This document shows, one piece after another, positions 1 to 11,583 of a stretch of DNA of 64,000 nt. A program made the position numbers and the translations under genes. How positions within the stretch are numbered: the first letter of the stretch is position 1; each line of letters begins with the position of its first letter. The notes beneath the pieces were generated by a model. That model saw nothing but the letters and a program-made list of their open reading frames with translations. It searched no databases and was not told where the DNA came from. Origin of the DNA: Octopus bimaculoides (lineage: Eukaryota); contig NC_068981.1 in assembly GCF_001194135.2 (NCBI RefSeq), positions 53,852,210 to 53,916,209 of the forward strand, in the 5' to 3' direction.

Positions 1-256
1 CTTATCTTTTCCCTTTTTCTTCTTCTGTAACAGTTTCCACATTCCTGCCACTCACATGCCTTTCTCCTTTAGCATAGCCATTAGGTATTATATACTGTTG
101 ATAGGTGGCTGTGGTGAAGAAAGTCGATAACGATTATTTTAGTTGACAACTAGTATTTGAACTCTCTCTCTCTTACGTGCGCACATGCAATAGAAAAGAA
201 AGAGGAGAAAATTATGATTTATAGAAACAAACCCCTATGACCATACAATTTCTCAC

Positions 257-302
257 TGCAGTGCAAAGCTTTCTTGTGAAAGCAACAAGCGCAAAGAACA
301 AG
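257..302 (-). CDS. Candidate exon 2 of a minus-strand gene starting near 1124 (unknown product)
   Basis: Minus strand reads ttggcatttacAG|46 nt|GTGAGA. Joined to ATG TCT TCA G (1124-1115) it gives MSSACSLRLLLSQESFAL. All three frames are open, so the frame gives no independent support. Confidence 0.2.
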
Positions 303-1114
303 CTGTAAATGCCAAATGCATTTTTGATTCTTCCTCTTTTGACCATAGAACTGACCCAAAGTAAGACTTTTTTGTCTTAAGAAAAATGACTGTTATGATA
401 ACCTTAAATGTTGGTTATCATGCATATATTGAAACAGTGTGCTCCTGTTATGATTTAAACTTTTTGATGAGAAAAACAGATGATTCTGAATGTCATAGGT
501 GGTTCTGCTACCTGGCAGTACAGTCTACTTCAATTTACTATTTAGCCATGTGCCGACTACATTTCTTTTTTTGGGGATTTCCTAGCTTTTTTGTTGAATG
601 TGTATGTTCAGGAAATTACAGATTAAAGGTAGTCTTTGTAATTAACATGTTATTTTGATTACTGATGATCTATTTTAGAAGATAAATCTGAATAACAGAA
701 CTTAATCTGGTACCATTTAGCTGCAAAGAAAGATAATTTTTTATTCAATGATTTTCTTTTTTTTTTTTTTTTGAAAGCTGAAAACTGGGAAAAGACATCA
801 ATCAGAATTTGAGAATGTTTAATTTTAAAAATCTATGTGCTGGTGCCACACAAAAAAAGCACCCAGTACATGCTGTAAAGTGATTGAATTTTTGGAAGGA
901 CACCTAACCATAGAAGCCATGCCAATGTAGACATTGAAGCATGATGCAGCCTTCAGACTCACTAGATCCTGGCACACCATCCAACCCATGAGTATGAATG
1001 CTAAATGATAATGATGAAAAAGAAAAAAGAAACGGCATGGGATGCTAAAAATAGCATAAGGATATAAAACAAAGAAACTGAAGATGATCTAGCAGTGCTT
1101 TTGAACCTACTCAC

Positions 1115-1124
1115 CTGAAGACAT
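1115..1124 (-). CDS. Candidate first coding exon end (ATG TCT TCA G | GTGAGT)
   Basis: Consensus donor CAG|GTGAGT on the minus strand (plus actcac at 1109-1114), with an ATG 10 nt upstream, about 50-80 nt from promoter-like motifs. Confidence 0.3.
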
Positions 1125-1170
1125 GCAGGTACACAGCTATTGTTGCATCATATTAATGAGTACTAGTTTT

Positions 1171-1208
1171 ACTACGCATGCGCACTCGAGGGGCTTCCGG
1201 TGGTGAGT
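1171..1208. promoter_or_regulatory. Candidate bidirectional housekeeping-type promoter (NRF1-like plus ETS-like motifs)
   Basis: ACGCATGCGCA at 1174-1184 (NRF1 consensus TGCGCATGCGCA) and CTTCCGG at 1194-1200 (ETS core) in a CpG-retaining patch. GTGAGT donors point away on both strands (plus 1203-1208, minus 1114-1109). Confidence 0.45.
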
Positions 1209-1845
1209 GATTTGGTATAAAGCCTGTTCATTCCATCTTTTCATATTGAAATTCTTATATATATATATATCAGTCATTTGAATACATAATACAAAATGAA
1301 AAGAGATGTTCCCTGAAACTACTTCAGTCAGTCATGAACATCCTGTTTGTCTTAAGATGAGGTACCAAATATCTAATATCTCATCATGTTTTTTTGTTTT
1401 TTTAAGGCAGTGGATATGATTTGAAGGAGGTTTGGTCGCTATTCCTTACAGGTCAAGTTAACTTTGTAGTCGGCCATTTTTGTACCTAAATCAAAAAATA
1501 GCAATACATAAGCACACTTACATATTACTTTGAGAAATAGGACACATTAGAAAATGTACGTCGTGATAAAGAGAAAGAGGGGAGGGTCACGATTGGAAGG
1601 CTTCTCTACTCAATCACAGCTGATTTGAAGTTTAATAATAACTACAAGTTTTTGCAGCCAACGAGAAATGTTCTGCATTGATTCTCAACCCTTCCTCTCT
1701 CTCATTTAATCCCCTTGGTTTCATATATTTCTCCATTCACCGTTTTTCTCTTATGCAAAATTAAACACTAATGTCTATAAAAAATGTCAGTTCAAGAACA
1801 CTACCTTTAAGATTGCGTGTTAGCGCTACTTGCGTGCGTGTGTGT

Positions 1846-1954
1846 TCAAAGCAGTTGGCATGCAACAAACGACTGATATAATATATTGATTTCAATGCAA
1901 GCATGAAAAGTATATGTCTCATTGCAGTTATCAGCATAGATATTACATATAAAG
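1846..1954 (-). CDS. Candidate terminal exon of the NTase-fold gene (HFICNIYADNCNETYTFHACIEINILYQSFVACQLL*)
   Basis: Acceptor ccctctctttgaaatttgatAG. Open in phase 2, matching the exon at 3193-3222. IEINIL resembles the third catalytic strand of OAS (VEFDVL, recalled from memory). Confidence 0.3.
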
Positions 1955-2442
1955 CTATCAAATTTCAAAGAGAGGGAAACTCCACCTGGCTTGTTTTGTT
2001 AAAAATATTTTCTCTTTGAAATATACTTTTCTGATATTTATCTTTCCTTGATTTTACATACTTATATACATATGCATAATGTATATATATATGTGTGTGT
2101 GTGTGTGTATAAAAGTATTTCTCGAAGTTTTTAAATATTTATGAACGTATCCATAAACTGCAAATGAAGCGTTTCTTATTGTAGTGTATAGCGTCCTGCC
2201 AGGTTTTGGTATCTACAGTTGTGGTACTGGTTGTGGTAGGATGGTGGTGAATAGTTTAACAGATGAATAGATGAAGAATGTTATAAATGGAAAATAAAAA
2301 AAAAAAATAAAAAAATTGATGTAGGTCGGGATCAGAAAGAAAAAAACACACTCGTTAAATTCGAACCAATGTACAAACTTTTCCAGTATATGTATGAATG
2401 TAAGAAGTAGATAAAGAACAAACATGATGTGTGTGTGTGTGT

Positions 2443-2479
<37 letters not shown>

Positions 2480-3192
2480 TGCGTTTGCATGGAAAAACGG
2501 CATGAACTCTAGAAAAGGGCGAGGTAATCTTAGAAGTTAGTGACATCAAAGAGATTATCTAAAACTTGCTGGCTGTAAGGAAGGAAGTATCAGGGAAGGG
2601 AGTGGTAGTTCCTTCGATAGCCATGAAAATGTTAGTCGGCAACATCAAAGGACAGTTTGTATAAAGAGCAGCTATAATTTTAGGATAAACCAGAAGAAAC
2701 CGGTCAACGAGGCATTTTATTTGCGATGTTGTGCCAATCAGTACTGTCTGAAAAACACCAGCAGTCATCAGTTAGAATGCCTTTACAGTGACACATTGCT
2801 GATATAAGTTACATACATGCGCGCGCACGCAGATGATAATAGTGAAAAATAAAGTAAAATAGAAACGTAGAAGATATACCTACATATTACACATATTATT
2901 CAATACTGCTACATTCAGGAAGCCGGAACTAACATGCGCATGCACACACACAAGCACGCACGCACACTCACACAAACACACGCACACACACACACACACA
3001 GTGATGTGGTATCAACAGGAAACTCAGGATATCAGCATCGTTAAGTAACATCTTCAAATAACTGAATAAATCCTACCCCATGTACCCATATATTGAGTAC
3101 TACTTTTCTCTCTGTTGTGCAATCAGACAAGTGCACATACACGTACACACTGGGTAGAATCTGATTATTCACTCCATCTCTGAATTTCTCAC

Positions 3193-3222
3193 TGTGCTCT
3201 ATCAAATAACAAAAGATGCTGT
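3193..3222 (-). CDS. Exon of the NTase-fold gene (K-QHLLLFDRA)
   Basis: gtgttctttcAG|30 nt|GTGAGA. Phase 2-2, continuing the exon at 6820-6874 without a stop. Confidence 0.45.
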
Positions 3223-3785
3223 CTGAAAGAACACTTTAAACCAATAAATAAACTTTACTACGTATATTGGTACTCTTTCTCCCTTTTATATTTCTAGTCG
3301 CTCATTCGTTCGTGCTCCTGGTGTGTGTGCGTGTATAAAATGCATGATATATATAATGTATGTATGTATGTGTGTGTGTGTATTCTTTTACAAGAAAAAT
3401 CATACATACATACACACAGTCTGATGAAGGCTAGCAGGCCGAAACTTCGTAGTCACAGTCAACATTTTTTTATAAAAGAATAAATAGATATGTACAGAAG
3501 AAGTATTGAGTAATCCTTCAGTTTGATATGAGTTGTTTTTTTTTGTAACTTCACATAAAAGCAAGCATTTAGATAGAGACAGACTTTAAATTGAGCTAGG
3601 GCCTATGAAAGTAATCTGCCCCAGTTCCACAGAACTACTTCACAAACATACTTTGTGTCTTCTTTTGCTTACGTGTGGTAGGTTTTTGTTGTTGTTTTGT
3701 TTTGTTTTCAGAGTTTCACTCTTCATACATTTCTTCATTTCATGTACATGGGACTACATATATGTTTCCTGATTGAATATATCTA

Positions 3786-4250
3786 TTAGTGGCGACTCCG
3801 GTACTCGGGCTTAACCCGAGTATAAATTTAGTAAAGCGAACGTGTATTTGCAAGCTGATTTAATTTCTGCTAACACTGACTTCAAGTGTGTAATTGCAGC
3901 CAATAACCCAGGCTCCTTTTATTGAGCCTGGTCGCAGTTGTTATTTTCGTTCAGCGTCTGGCAATCGTTTTAGATGTATGGCGGTCGTCTGTGTCAAAAA
4001 ATATCATTCGTAGCAGACGTTCTCTTGACATCGTTCACATGCACCTGACTCCGGTTTAGAAGTTACAGCCCTAGTTGTTATCTATAGTCGTAAAAATTAA
4101 AAGTGATTCAAATTCAATTTTTTCTTAAAACAATAAATTTCTATAGAGATTAGGATTTAAATTCCAATCAATGAAAAGTTTTCATTCTACAATATTCTTA
4201 AAGGAACGAAATATTATCCAGCAACTCGGGCTAATACGAACGAGTCTTGT
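3786..4250 (-). mobile_element. Possible non-autonomous Helitron-like element
   Basis: Perfect hairpin TACTCGGG-cttaa-CCCGAGTA at 3802-3822. On the minus strand it is followed about 12 nt later by CTAA|T (CTRR-type end). A related actcgggct motif occurs at about 4224, and the segment is CpG-rich. Confidence 0.3.
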
Positions 4251-6154
4251 AGGTGTAAAAGACTAACTGACATCTCTTCTCAAGAATACAGGCGACTGTC
4301 AGATCGCTGATGTTTGTTGTGCACCCTGCTATCGTTATTTGATTGCTGTTATTGTGTGCGTCTGTGTGTAAAGATCGGTTGTGTTTTGCAGGGTTGCTTT
4401 ATTTTTACTCTTAACTTAGAAATGGAGAAAGACATAGTGCTTGATATAAAAAAAAACAAGCCATTTGGGATTTGAAATATTGCGAGAAAACCTGAAATTC
4501 TTCGAGCAGGCATTGTCTTATGCGAAATCTATGAAGAGCCCGAGTGACGCTGATGACCTGGAGTCGCCTCTGATATCTGTGTATATGCATGTGTATGTGT
4601 ATACTGTCAAGTCTGTACCCCACATCTTAACACCCTCTCATCTCCCTGTCACTCATTTCCTTCTTTCTCTTATCTATTTCATTAATCTCTATCATTCATG
4701 TCATTTGTATAAAGATAGATGATAGGAAACCTGTGGATACTTTATCCCCTTTTCATTTTACTTTTTCCCATCACAAGTCCTATATATAAGAGATTGCTTT
4801 AGATCTGTTATTCCTAATGCACTCTATCTCTACCCTTTCTGCCCTGCCAGTCATCACTCTCTCTCTCTCACCCCTAATCAGCCCGATTGTACCATCATAC
4901 TCGTCTTTCTTCCACCCATTCTGTTCTATCACTTTCTTGGTCACATTGTACACATTTATGTGTCCTGAGTACTTTTAACTCCTTTGGGGTACAAGGAAAC
5001 CCTTCTTGTGCTGGTGTTACAACATAATGCATCCAGTATACTTTCAAAATGGATAGTGAAAGAACCCCTTCTTTTCCTCCTCTCCCACCCAAAGTTATCT
5101 GGTATTAGCATTTATTATCCACTCCTGTTATTAATGTTCCTGTATCCATCACTACCACCTCTTCTACCATCCTCTCATCCCAAGCCCTCTGTTCCTACCA
5201 ATCATAGCCCTTCTCCCCATCCACCCGTCTTTGTTCTATCATCACTGTCTCTTCTATTTAGCTCCTCAGCCACATAGAACTGAGTGAAGAAACACTTATA
5301 GAGTGACAACCCCACTATTGTTGGACCTTTATAAGGAGCATAGGGCTGCTTTCCCTGTTTCTCTGGTGTATATATTCCTCTCTGGAAGGGACATCAGTCT
5401 GTCACAGGATTACACATTTTTACCAGTTCAGTGGGCTGGAGCAATGTGAAATTATGTGTGCTCAAGAACAGCTATTCTTGTGTCTTCAGAGTACTTAAAC
5501 ACCAAATCTGAATCTTTCACAAAATGCAGTCAGTTAAACAAATATCAACTTAAAGTTTGAAAATTTACATCAGCACTAAACAGATCTACATTATGCTATT
5601 AAATAATCCCTTTTTCATCTGATTCAGCTTCCATTTTTCCTTATATTCAATGAAATCACCTGATTCAGGAATTGAAATCACAATCTTACGATCATGAGTT
5701 CAACACCCTAACCACTAAGCCATGTGCCTCCACAATTATAATTAATAGCCTGTAAAAATTTATGAAACATTTTAGTGGGACTCATTTCACAGGGGAAAAA
5801 AGTTGTTTAAGATTCTGACTAGGAATAGTCATCTGAGGGTTTCATTAGATAAAATAGTTGATCTAGGGACTGAACACTATCTAAATATTGTCTGAAAGTA
5901 CCATTTACACAATGTAATCAGCATATCACCCAGTAACAATTAGGCTTAATCAGAAGTTATGATCACCTCATTACTTGATGAAAGAAGGAAGTCAAGAGGT
6001 AAAGGAAATTGACTAAAAAAGATACTTGTCAAAGGGCACTTGCAAAAAATATTGTCTCCAATTCACAGTTTTTCAAGTTTTCTATTGGACATTTGTCTGA
6101 CACTTCTTAGGCCAGTTGGTATATTGCTTGCTTCATATTAAAGTTTTATTATTA

Positions 6155-6365
6155 TTATTCGGCGGGCAAAATGCTTGGCAGCATTTCGTCCGTCTTTACG
6201 TTCTGAGTTCAAATTCCACCAAAGTTGACTTTGCATTTCATCCTTTCGGAGTCGATAAAATAAGTACCAGTTGAGTACTGGGGTTGATAAAATCAACTAT
6301 CCCCTCCTCCAGAATTTCGAGCCTTGTGCCTTTTAGTAGAAAGGATTATTATTATTATTATTATT
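6155..6365 (+). mobile_element. SINE family A copy (core ttctgagttcaaattccgccgaggtcgactttgcc, (ATT)n tail)
   Basis: Same core and (TAT)n tail as more than 15 other copies in the window, e.g. 9290-9505, 9725-9915, 39612-40965, 43305-43988, 53525-53970. Confidence 0.85.
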
Positions 6366-6819
6366 ATGCTCCCAACTTTTCCCTTTCAACATTGTTATAC
6401 CCTCTCACCTGCCTCCTAACTCATATGTATTATTGGTCGTCCCTCGATCATTGCCCAATTTCTACAGTCATCATCTACTCCTTTTCCCCTACTTATCCTT
6501 CAACGCTTGTTCTTCATTATATTCACCCTCTTATCCATTTTCTCTTTCTAACCATCTTGCACTCCCACTTAACTTCCTGTCTTCCTCTCTCCACCTACCA
6601 CATAGCTTAAGCGTCCACCATGACATTGCATCACTACTATTTTGCCTCTTTCCAGCTCCACCTTGGTCACTCCCACCCTCTTTTCTATAATACGAGTTGC
6701 CATGTAGTTCCTATACTGTAAGAAATGTGTTCTGTTCTGGCCCTTCTCCTTATACTTTAACCCCTCACGCTCATTTCTTCGCATAAAATTGCCTCCTTCT
6801 CTACTGTAGCCTCACTCAC

Positions 6820-6874
6820 TTGAAGAGGAACTTAGTTTTCACAAGCTGCATCACAACCTCATTAGTGCTGGTAC
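6820..6874 (-). CDS. Exon of the NTase-fold gene (G-TSTNEVVMQLVKTKFLF)
   Basis: tatttttttcaAG|55 nt|GTGAGT, with only one open frame (phase 1 to 2). An alternative CAG acceptor 7 nt inside keeps the same frame. Confidence 0.6.
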
Positions 6875-7141
6875 CTTGAAAAAAATACCCTGTACATACT
6901 GTAAAGTTGTTGACATTAGGAAGGGTATGCAGCCCTAGAAATATGCAAAAGCAGGCATAGAGTAGAGTGTGATCCTTGGACCCATTGTGTCTTGTCAAAA
7001 CCATCTAACAACCCATGTCAGGATGGAATGTGGACATCAAATGATGGCAACAATTTTATATATTTATACACACACACACACACATATATATATAGGATAC
7101 AATGGGTCCGAGGACTGCACTATGCTCTCTCTCTCTCTCTG

Positions 7142-7185
<44 letters not shown>

Positions 7186-7214
7186 CCCATCAAGTCAAGT
7201 TAGTTCATAGTCAT

Positions 7215-7410
7215 GCCAGATACTGTCACTCAAGTGGCTCCGTGCCGGTGGCACGTAAAAGCACCCATTACACTCTCGGGGTGATTGGCATTAGGAAAGG
7301 CATCCAGCTGTAGAAACTAAGCTAAATCACACTGGTGCAGCCCTAGTCAAACCGTCCAACCCATGCCAGTATGGACAACGAACGTTAAATGATGGTGATG
7401 ATGATGATTA
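7215..7410 (+). mobile_element. 5'-truncated RTE LINE 3'UTR fragment with (GAT)n tail
   Basis: Matches the 3'UTR that follows the RTE ORF end at 27170-27783 (ggcatccagctgtagaaac...ccaacccatgccag...gatgatgat). Confidence 0.8.
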
Positions 7411-7790
7411 TGAATTGGCTCCTTTCAGTTTCCATCTGTTAAATCCACTCATATGGCTTTGGTTGGCCCTGGGCCTATAATAGAACACTCACCAAGGTAC
7501 CAGACGCTAGAACTGGACCCAACGCCACGTAAGAGAGAAGTGAACCTCTCAATCACATACCCATACCTATATATATGTTATTGCAAATTTGGTATTTTAC
7601 CAATAAGACCACAACTTCAATTTCAGGACAACCTTATTTTCTGGAGTACACATAGAAAGTTATATCCAAAATACTAATCTAATATAATAATTTTAAATCC
7701 TAATATATCGTACAATAAAATAAAGTACATTAGAATTAATTAAAAATTATATAAACACATTTTAAAAATATATATATATATATACCTTAC

Positions 7791-7801
7791 CTGTTATTAG
7801 T
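7791..7801 (-). CDS. 11-nt microexon of the NTase-fold gene (K-LIT-G)
   Basis: tcttctttccccacAG|ACTAATAACAG|GTAAGG: strong acceptor and donor, and phase 2 to 1 fits both neighbours. Confidence 0.6.
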
Positions 7802-8029
7802 CTGTGGGGAAAGAAGATAATATTAATCAACGCTACACGTGTTTCTGCGCTGGTGATTTGTTTTACTAGGCTATACCTAATACATAAATCCACCAGTGCG
7901 TCCTCAGGCTATTTTTCTTTATATTATTATTATTAACGGATCCTACTTAATCATACAAATTCTAAGATATCTTCATTAAAACTAAGAATAAAAATAAAAA
8001 TTTCTATATAACTTCCTAATATATATACA

Positions 8030-8380
8030 CACGGTGGAGGCGCAATGGTTAGGGCAGCGGACTCGCGGTTTCGATTCCCAGACCGGGCGTTGTGAGTGTT
8101 TATTGAGAGAAAACACCTAAAGCTCCACGAGGCTCCGGTAGGGGATGGTGGCGAACCCTGCTGTATTCTTTCACCACAACTTTCTCTCACTCTTACTTCC
8201 TGTTTCTGTTGTGCCTGTAATTCAAAGGGTCAGCTGAATATCCCCGAGAACTACGTTAAGGGTACACGTGTCTGTGGAGTGCTCAGCCACTTGCACGTTA
8301 ATTTCACGAGCAGGCTGTTCCGTTGATCGGATCAACTGGAACCCTCGACGTCGTAAGCGACGGAGTGCCAACAACATATA
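8030..8380 (+). mobile_element. tRNA-derived SINE (family B), young copy
   Basis: tRNA-like head with A-box and B-box-like sequence (ggcgcaatggttag...ggtttcgattccc). The 3' part (gagaactacgttaagggtacacgtgtctgtggagtgctc) is shared with 59225-59530 and with an inverted piece at 60200-60255. Confidence 0.8.
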
Positions 8381-8573
8381 CACACACACACACTACATGT
8401 GTATATAGTGTGCACTTGTATCTACGTATGTAGGTATATGAGTGTGCGTATATACTGAAAATGTTTTCTTTTTATTAATGTAGAACTGTTAAATGGAATT
8501 GCACACCACTTTATCATACATATACACTTTAGTGTGTGTGCGTGCGCGCGCACACATATATATAATTCTGTAC

Positions 8574-8585
8574 TTGACAATGTAG
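8574..8585 (-). CDS. 12-nt microexon of the NTase-fold gene (D-YIV-K)
   Basis: aaaactaaaatgtttctgcAG|CTACATTGTCAA|GTACAG. The donor is weak. Inclusion creates GA|C = Asp at the position of the conserved second acidic residue and supplies the hydrophobic strand that follows it. Confidence 0.4.
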
Positions 8586-8762
8586 CTGCAGAAACATTTT
8601 AGTTTTATTACTCTCTTTAATTAACCTTTTTTAACTGTTGCATTGCTTGCCTACTTTCTTCCTTTAAACGTTTTTTTTTGCTGTACCCGTTCTTATATAG
8701 CTAATATTTCACTTTACTTGTTTTGACAGCATTTACACGCACTCATTCATATACACACGCAC

Positions 8763-8779
8763 TCCAACACATTTTCTCT
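8763..8779 (-). CDS. 17-nt microexon of the NTase-fold gene (RENVL)
   Basis: cattcaatctttttcAG|AGAGAAAATGTGTTGGA|GTGCGT, phase 0 to 2. It places N-V exactly where NF45 has N-V after GSYxKGT. Confidence 0.5.
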
Positions 8780-8884
8780 CTGAAAAAGATTGAATGTGTT
8801 CATTAACTACACTGGGGTAACAGGAAGTGTTAAACTGATTCATAATATGAAGTTCTTAAGTGTGTTTAACGATTTCCCCTTCAG

Positions 8885-8941
8885 TGTAAATGTTGCCAAT
8901 TAACTCGAAACCGGCGTCTGAGTCTGGCAGAGATAGTGATG
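8885..8941 (+). other. Plus-strand exon candidate (CKCCQLTRNRRLSLAEIVM)
   Basis: tttccccttcAG|57 nt|GTAGGG with one open frame (0-0). No homology recognised. Confidence 0.2.
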
Positions 8942-11583
8942 GTAGGGGATGAAAGTCTAAGCTGTCTCTTTGATCTTTGAACTGCCGTTGTTGCAGCCTC
9001 TTTGATCTTTGGCTTCGTTTGTTGTTGCAGCCATTACTGTTTTCATTGGCACTGCACTCAACCTGCCGCTTTTCTAGTTAACATCACAGCCATGGTGGAC
9101 TGGGAGACATTCCTGTTAACTGTGTGTACTGGGGTCTATTTATTTGAATCCTCCCTCTCCCTAAATGTGTGTCCTTGAGTCTACATTAGAAATAATCACC
9201 ATCATTATTGTTATTATTATTAGGAGGGGAGATCTAACAAAATCATTAGAGCATACGATAAAACACTATGTGGTATTTCTTCTGGTTCTTTACATTCTGG
9301 TTTCAAATCTTGCTGAGCTCAACTTTGCTTTTCATCCTTTCAGAGTCGGTAAAGTACCTGCCAAGTACTGGGATCAAGTACCTTTCATCCTTTCAGAGTC
9401 AATAAAAGAAAATATTAATCAAGTATTGGGGTGGAAGGCATTGACTAATCCCTCCCGCTAAAATTACTGGACTTGTTTCAAAATTTGAAACAATTATTAT
9501 TATTGTTATTCTTGCTTAACACACCAACTGGAGATTCTAACAAAGTGTCAGCTGTCCATAACCAATGGACTAAGGTAACATGTTTCATTCAGATTGAGAA
9601 CCCAACTGAGAATCCATGCAGTTCCAAGAAACACAATCTTCTGTAGATGTTATGTCTTCACATGTACTCCTAAGTTCTGTCCATGTAAGACATAAGCTCA
9701 GTCTTTTAGCTTTCCATATTTTTTCTCAAAAATGTTTAGCAGCATTTCATCATTCTTTATGTTCTGAGTTCAAATTCCGCTGAAGTCAACTTTGCCTTTC
9801 ATCCTTTAAAATTTGATAAAATAAGTACCAGTTGAGCTCTGGAGTTGAAGTAATCAACTATTCTCCTCCACAAAAATCTCAGGCCTTGTGTCTATAGTCA
9901 AAAGGATTATTATTATTAGTGCATTGAAGTTGATACAAATGATAAGGAATTGTATTAAATAGATTTAGGATATTGTTCAATGACTCATATTTTAGAGCAA
10001 TTTTTGTTTTCAATCCCTCGAAGGTTTATATATAAGTACCAGAAAATAATGGTCTCGATTCAGTAGACTGCACCCATCTTTTGTTAAGGTTATTATAAGA
10101 CAGGCTTGATGTTTCCACTTTTTCTTTTTTCCTCGTTCACATCTAATACAATGTATTAAATGTAATGAAGATATCTATTCATATAGATTAAAATATTCAT
10201 ATCTACTGCTCTTTGTAAAAGTGTAGCTTAGTGGGTTCTATCTATTTCTCTTGTAATCTCTAACTGAAGACCTCTTAAATTTGTCCTGTATGTATTTTAC
10301 CCTCACTATAACCTACACTTATTATCAGTCTCTTTCTTTTCTTCTTCATAAATCTAATTCATTAATGACTTACTCTTAAGTCATATATAGAACAAACAGT
10401 TTGCATAATTTATTGGAAACTATTTCTGTAGTTGGTGAAACATTAAATGGACACTTGTTGCCCTGGCTCAAAGTTGAATAAAGGAAGCACAGAAGAGTAT
10501 TGAGTGTGCTGTTATTGTTGAATAGGAACTGTTTAATTATTGATTGATAATTATTCGAATCATTCTGGGTGTAGGCTGTATTCTAATGACTCATCACATG
10601 TGAAAAACTGAATAAAATATGCATAATATGTGTGGGTGTATTGAGTTTAAAGGGATCTTTCATTACGGCTTTACAAGAGAAGTAACTAAAACCAACGAGG
10701 TTACACTTTTACACAGAGAATAAATATGAATATTTTAATATTGTGTACAAATATTTTCACTAGATTACCCTCAAGTCAATGAATTAGATATAATTTTAAC
10801 TCTTTTTCTTTTTCTATAATTAATATGTTTAGAGAGCTAATTTTCAAAGCTTGAGTATAGGTACAAACTATTCTGTAATAGTCATCACCATGAACAATAG
10901 GTGAATATGACTAGAAATATGAATTAAAGACTTTATTCAATCAGTTATATTCATGCCAGTCTGTTGAAAGAGAGTTAACTGATGAGATCATCAAACAACT
11001 TTATTTCTGAAAACCTAACAAAGGAGCTGGACCAAATAGCATTCAGGTTGCTGCTGCTTCTGCTCCTGCAACTACTACTACTACTACTACTCAGAAATAG
11101 TCTACTTCTAATTAAATGGTGTCCCTACAATCAAACTCTTCAATAACTTTTATCTGAAATCAGTAATAATCCTTAATTTACATAGTTGAATGATTATCAA
11201 TTTTCAGGAAACAAAATGTTGATATGCATTTCAGCGCATTTGTTGTTGTTTATCTTCAAACTAACCTTGTTCAAGCATACCATTGAGCAAAGTCCTTCCT
11301 GTTGCTAGTGTCCCATTTTAAGATTGTATAGGACTGTTTTTTTACTGTTCTTTCATCACTTCATGTAGTGAGAGGATATAATATAAAGGAATTTGGTGGC
11401 TGAGCTATCTTCTCTTCATAATGAACTGCATAAAGGAAATATTCAGAGCTCATTAACCTAGTAGAGCCTTGAACATCAGGATACTTTTTAGAATAGGAAA
11501 ATAAACTGTAGTGTTTATATGGTTATGTCTCACTGTGCAATATATCTAATTGAAAAACTTTGATTAACTGAGACTATTAATAC

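Noticed and set aside
2545-2810. About 90-codon open plus frame and 69-aa minus ORF (2559-2768) with a good minus-strand acceptor at 2748
   Set aside because: Joining in phase 2 after exon 3193 gives an immediate stop, and neither frame shows a recognisable domain.
8030-8095. tRNA-like sequence (also at 59225-59290)
   Set aside because: Incomplete cloverleaf continuous with SINE body sequence; this is a SINE head, not a tRNA gene.
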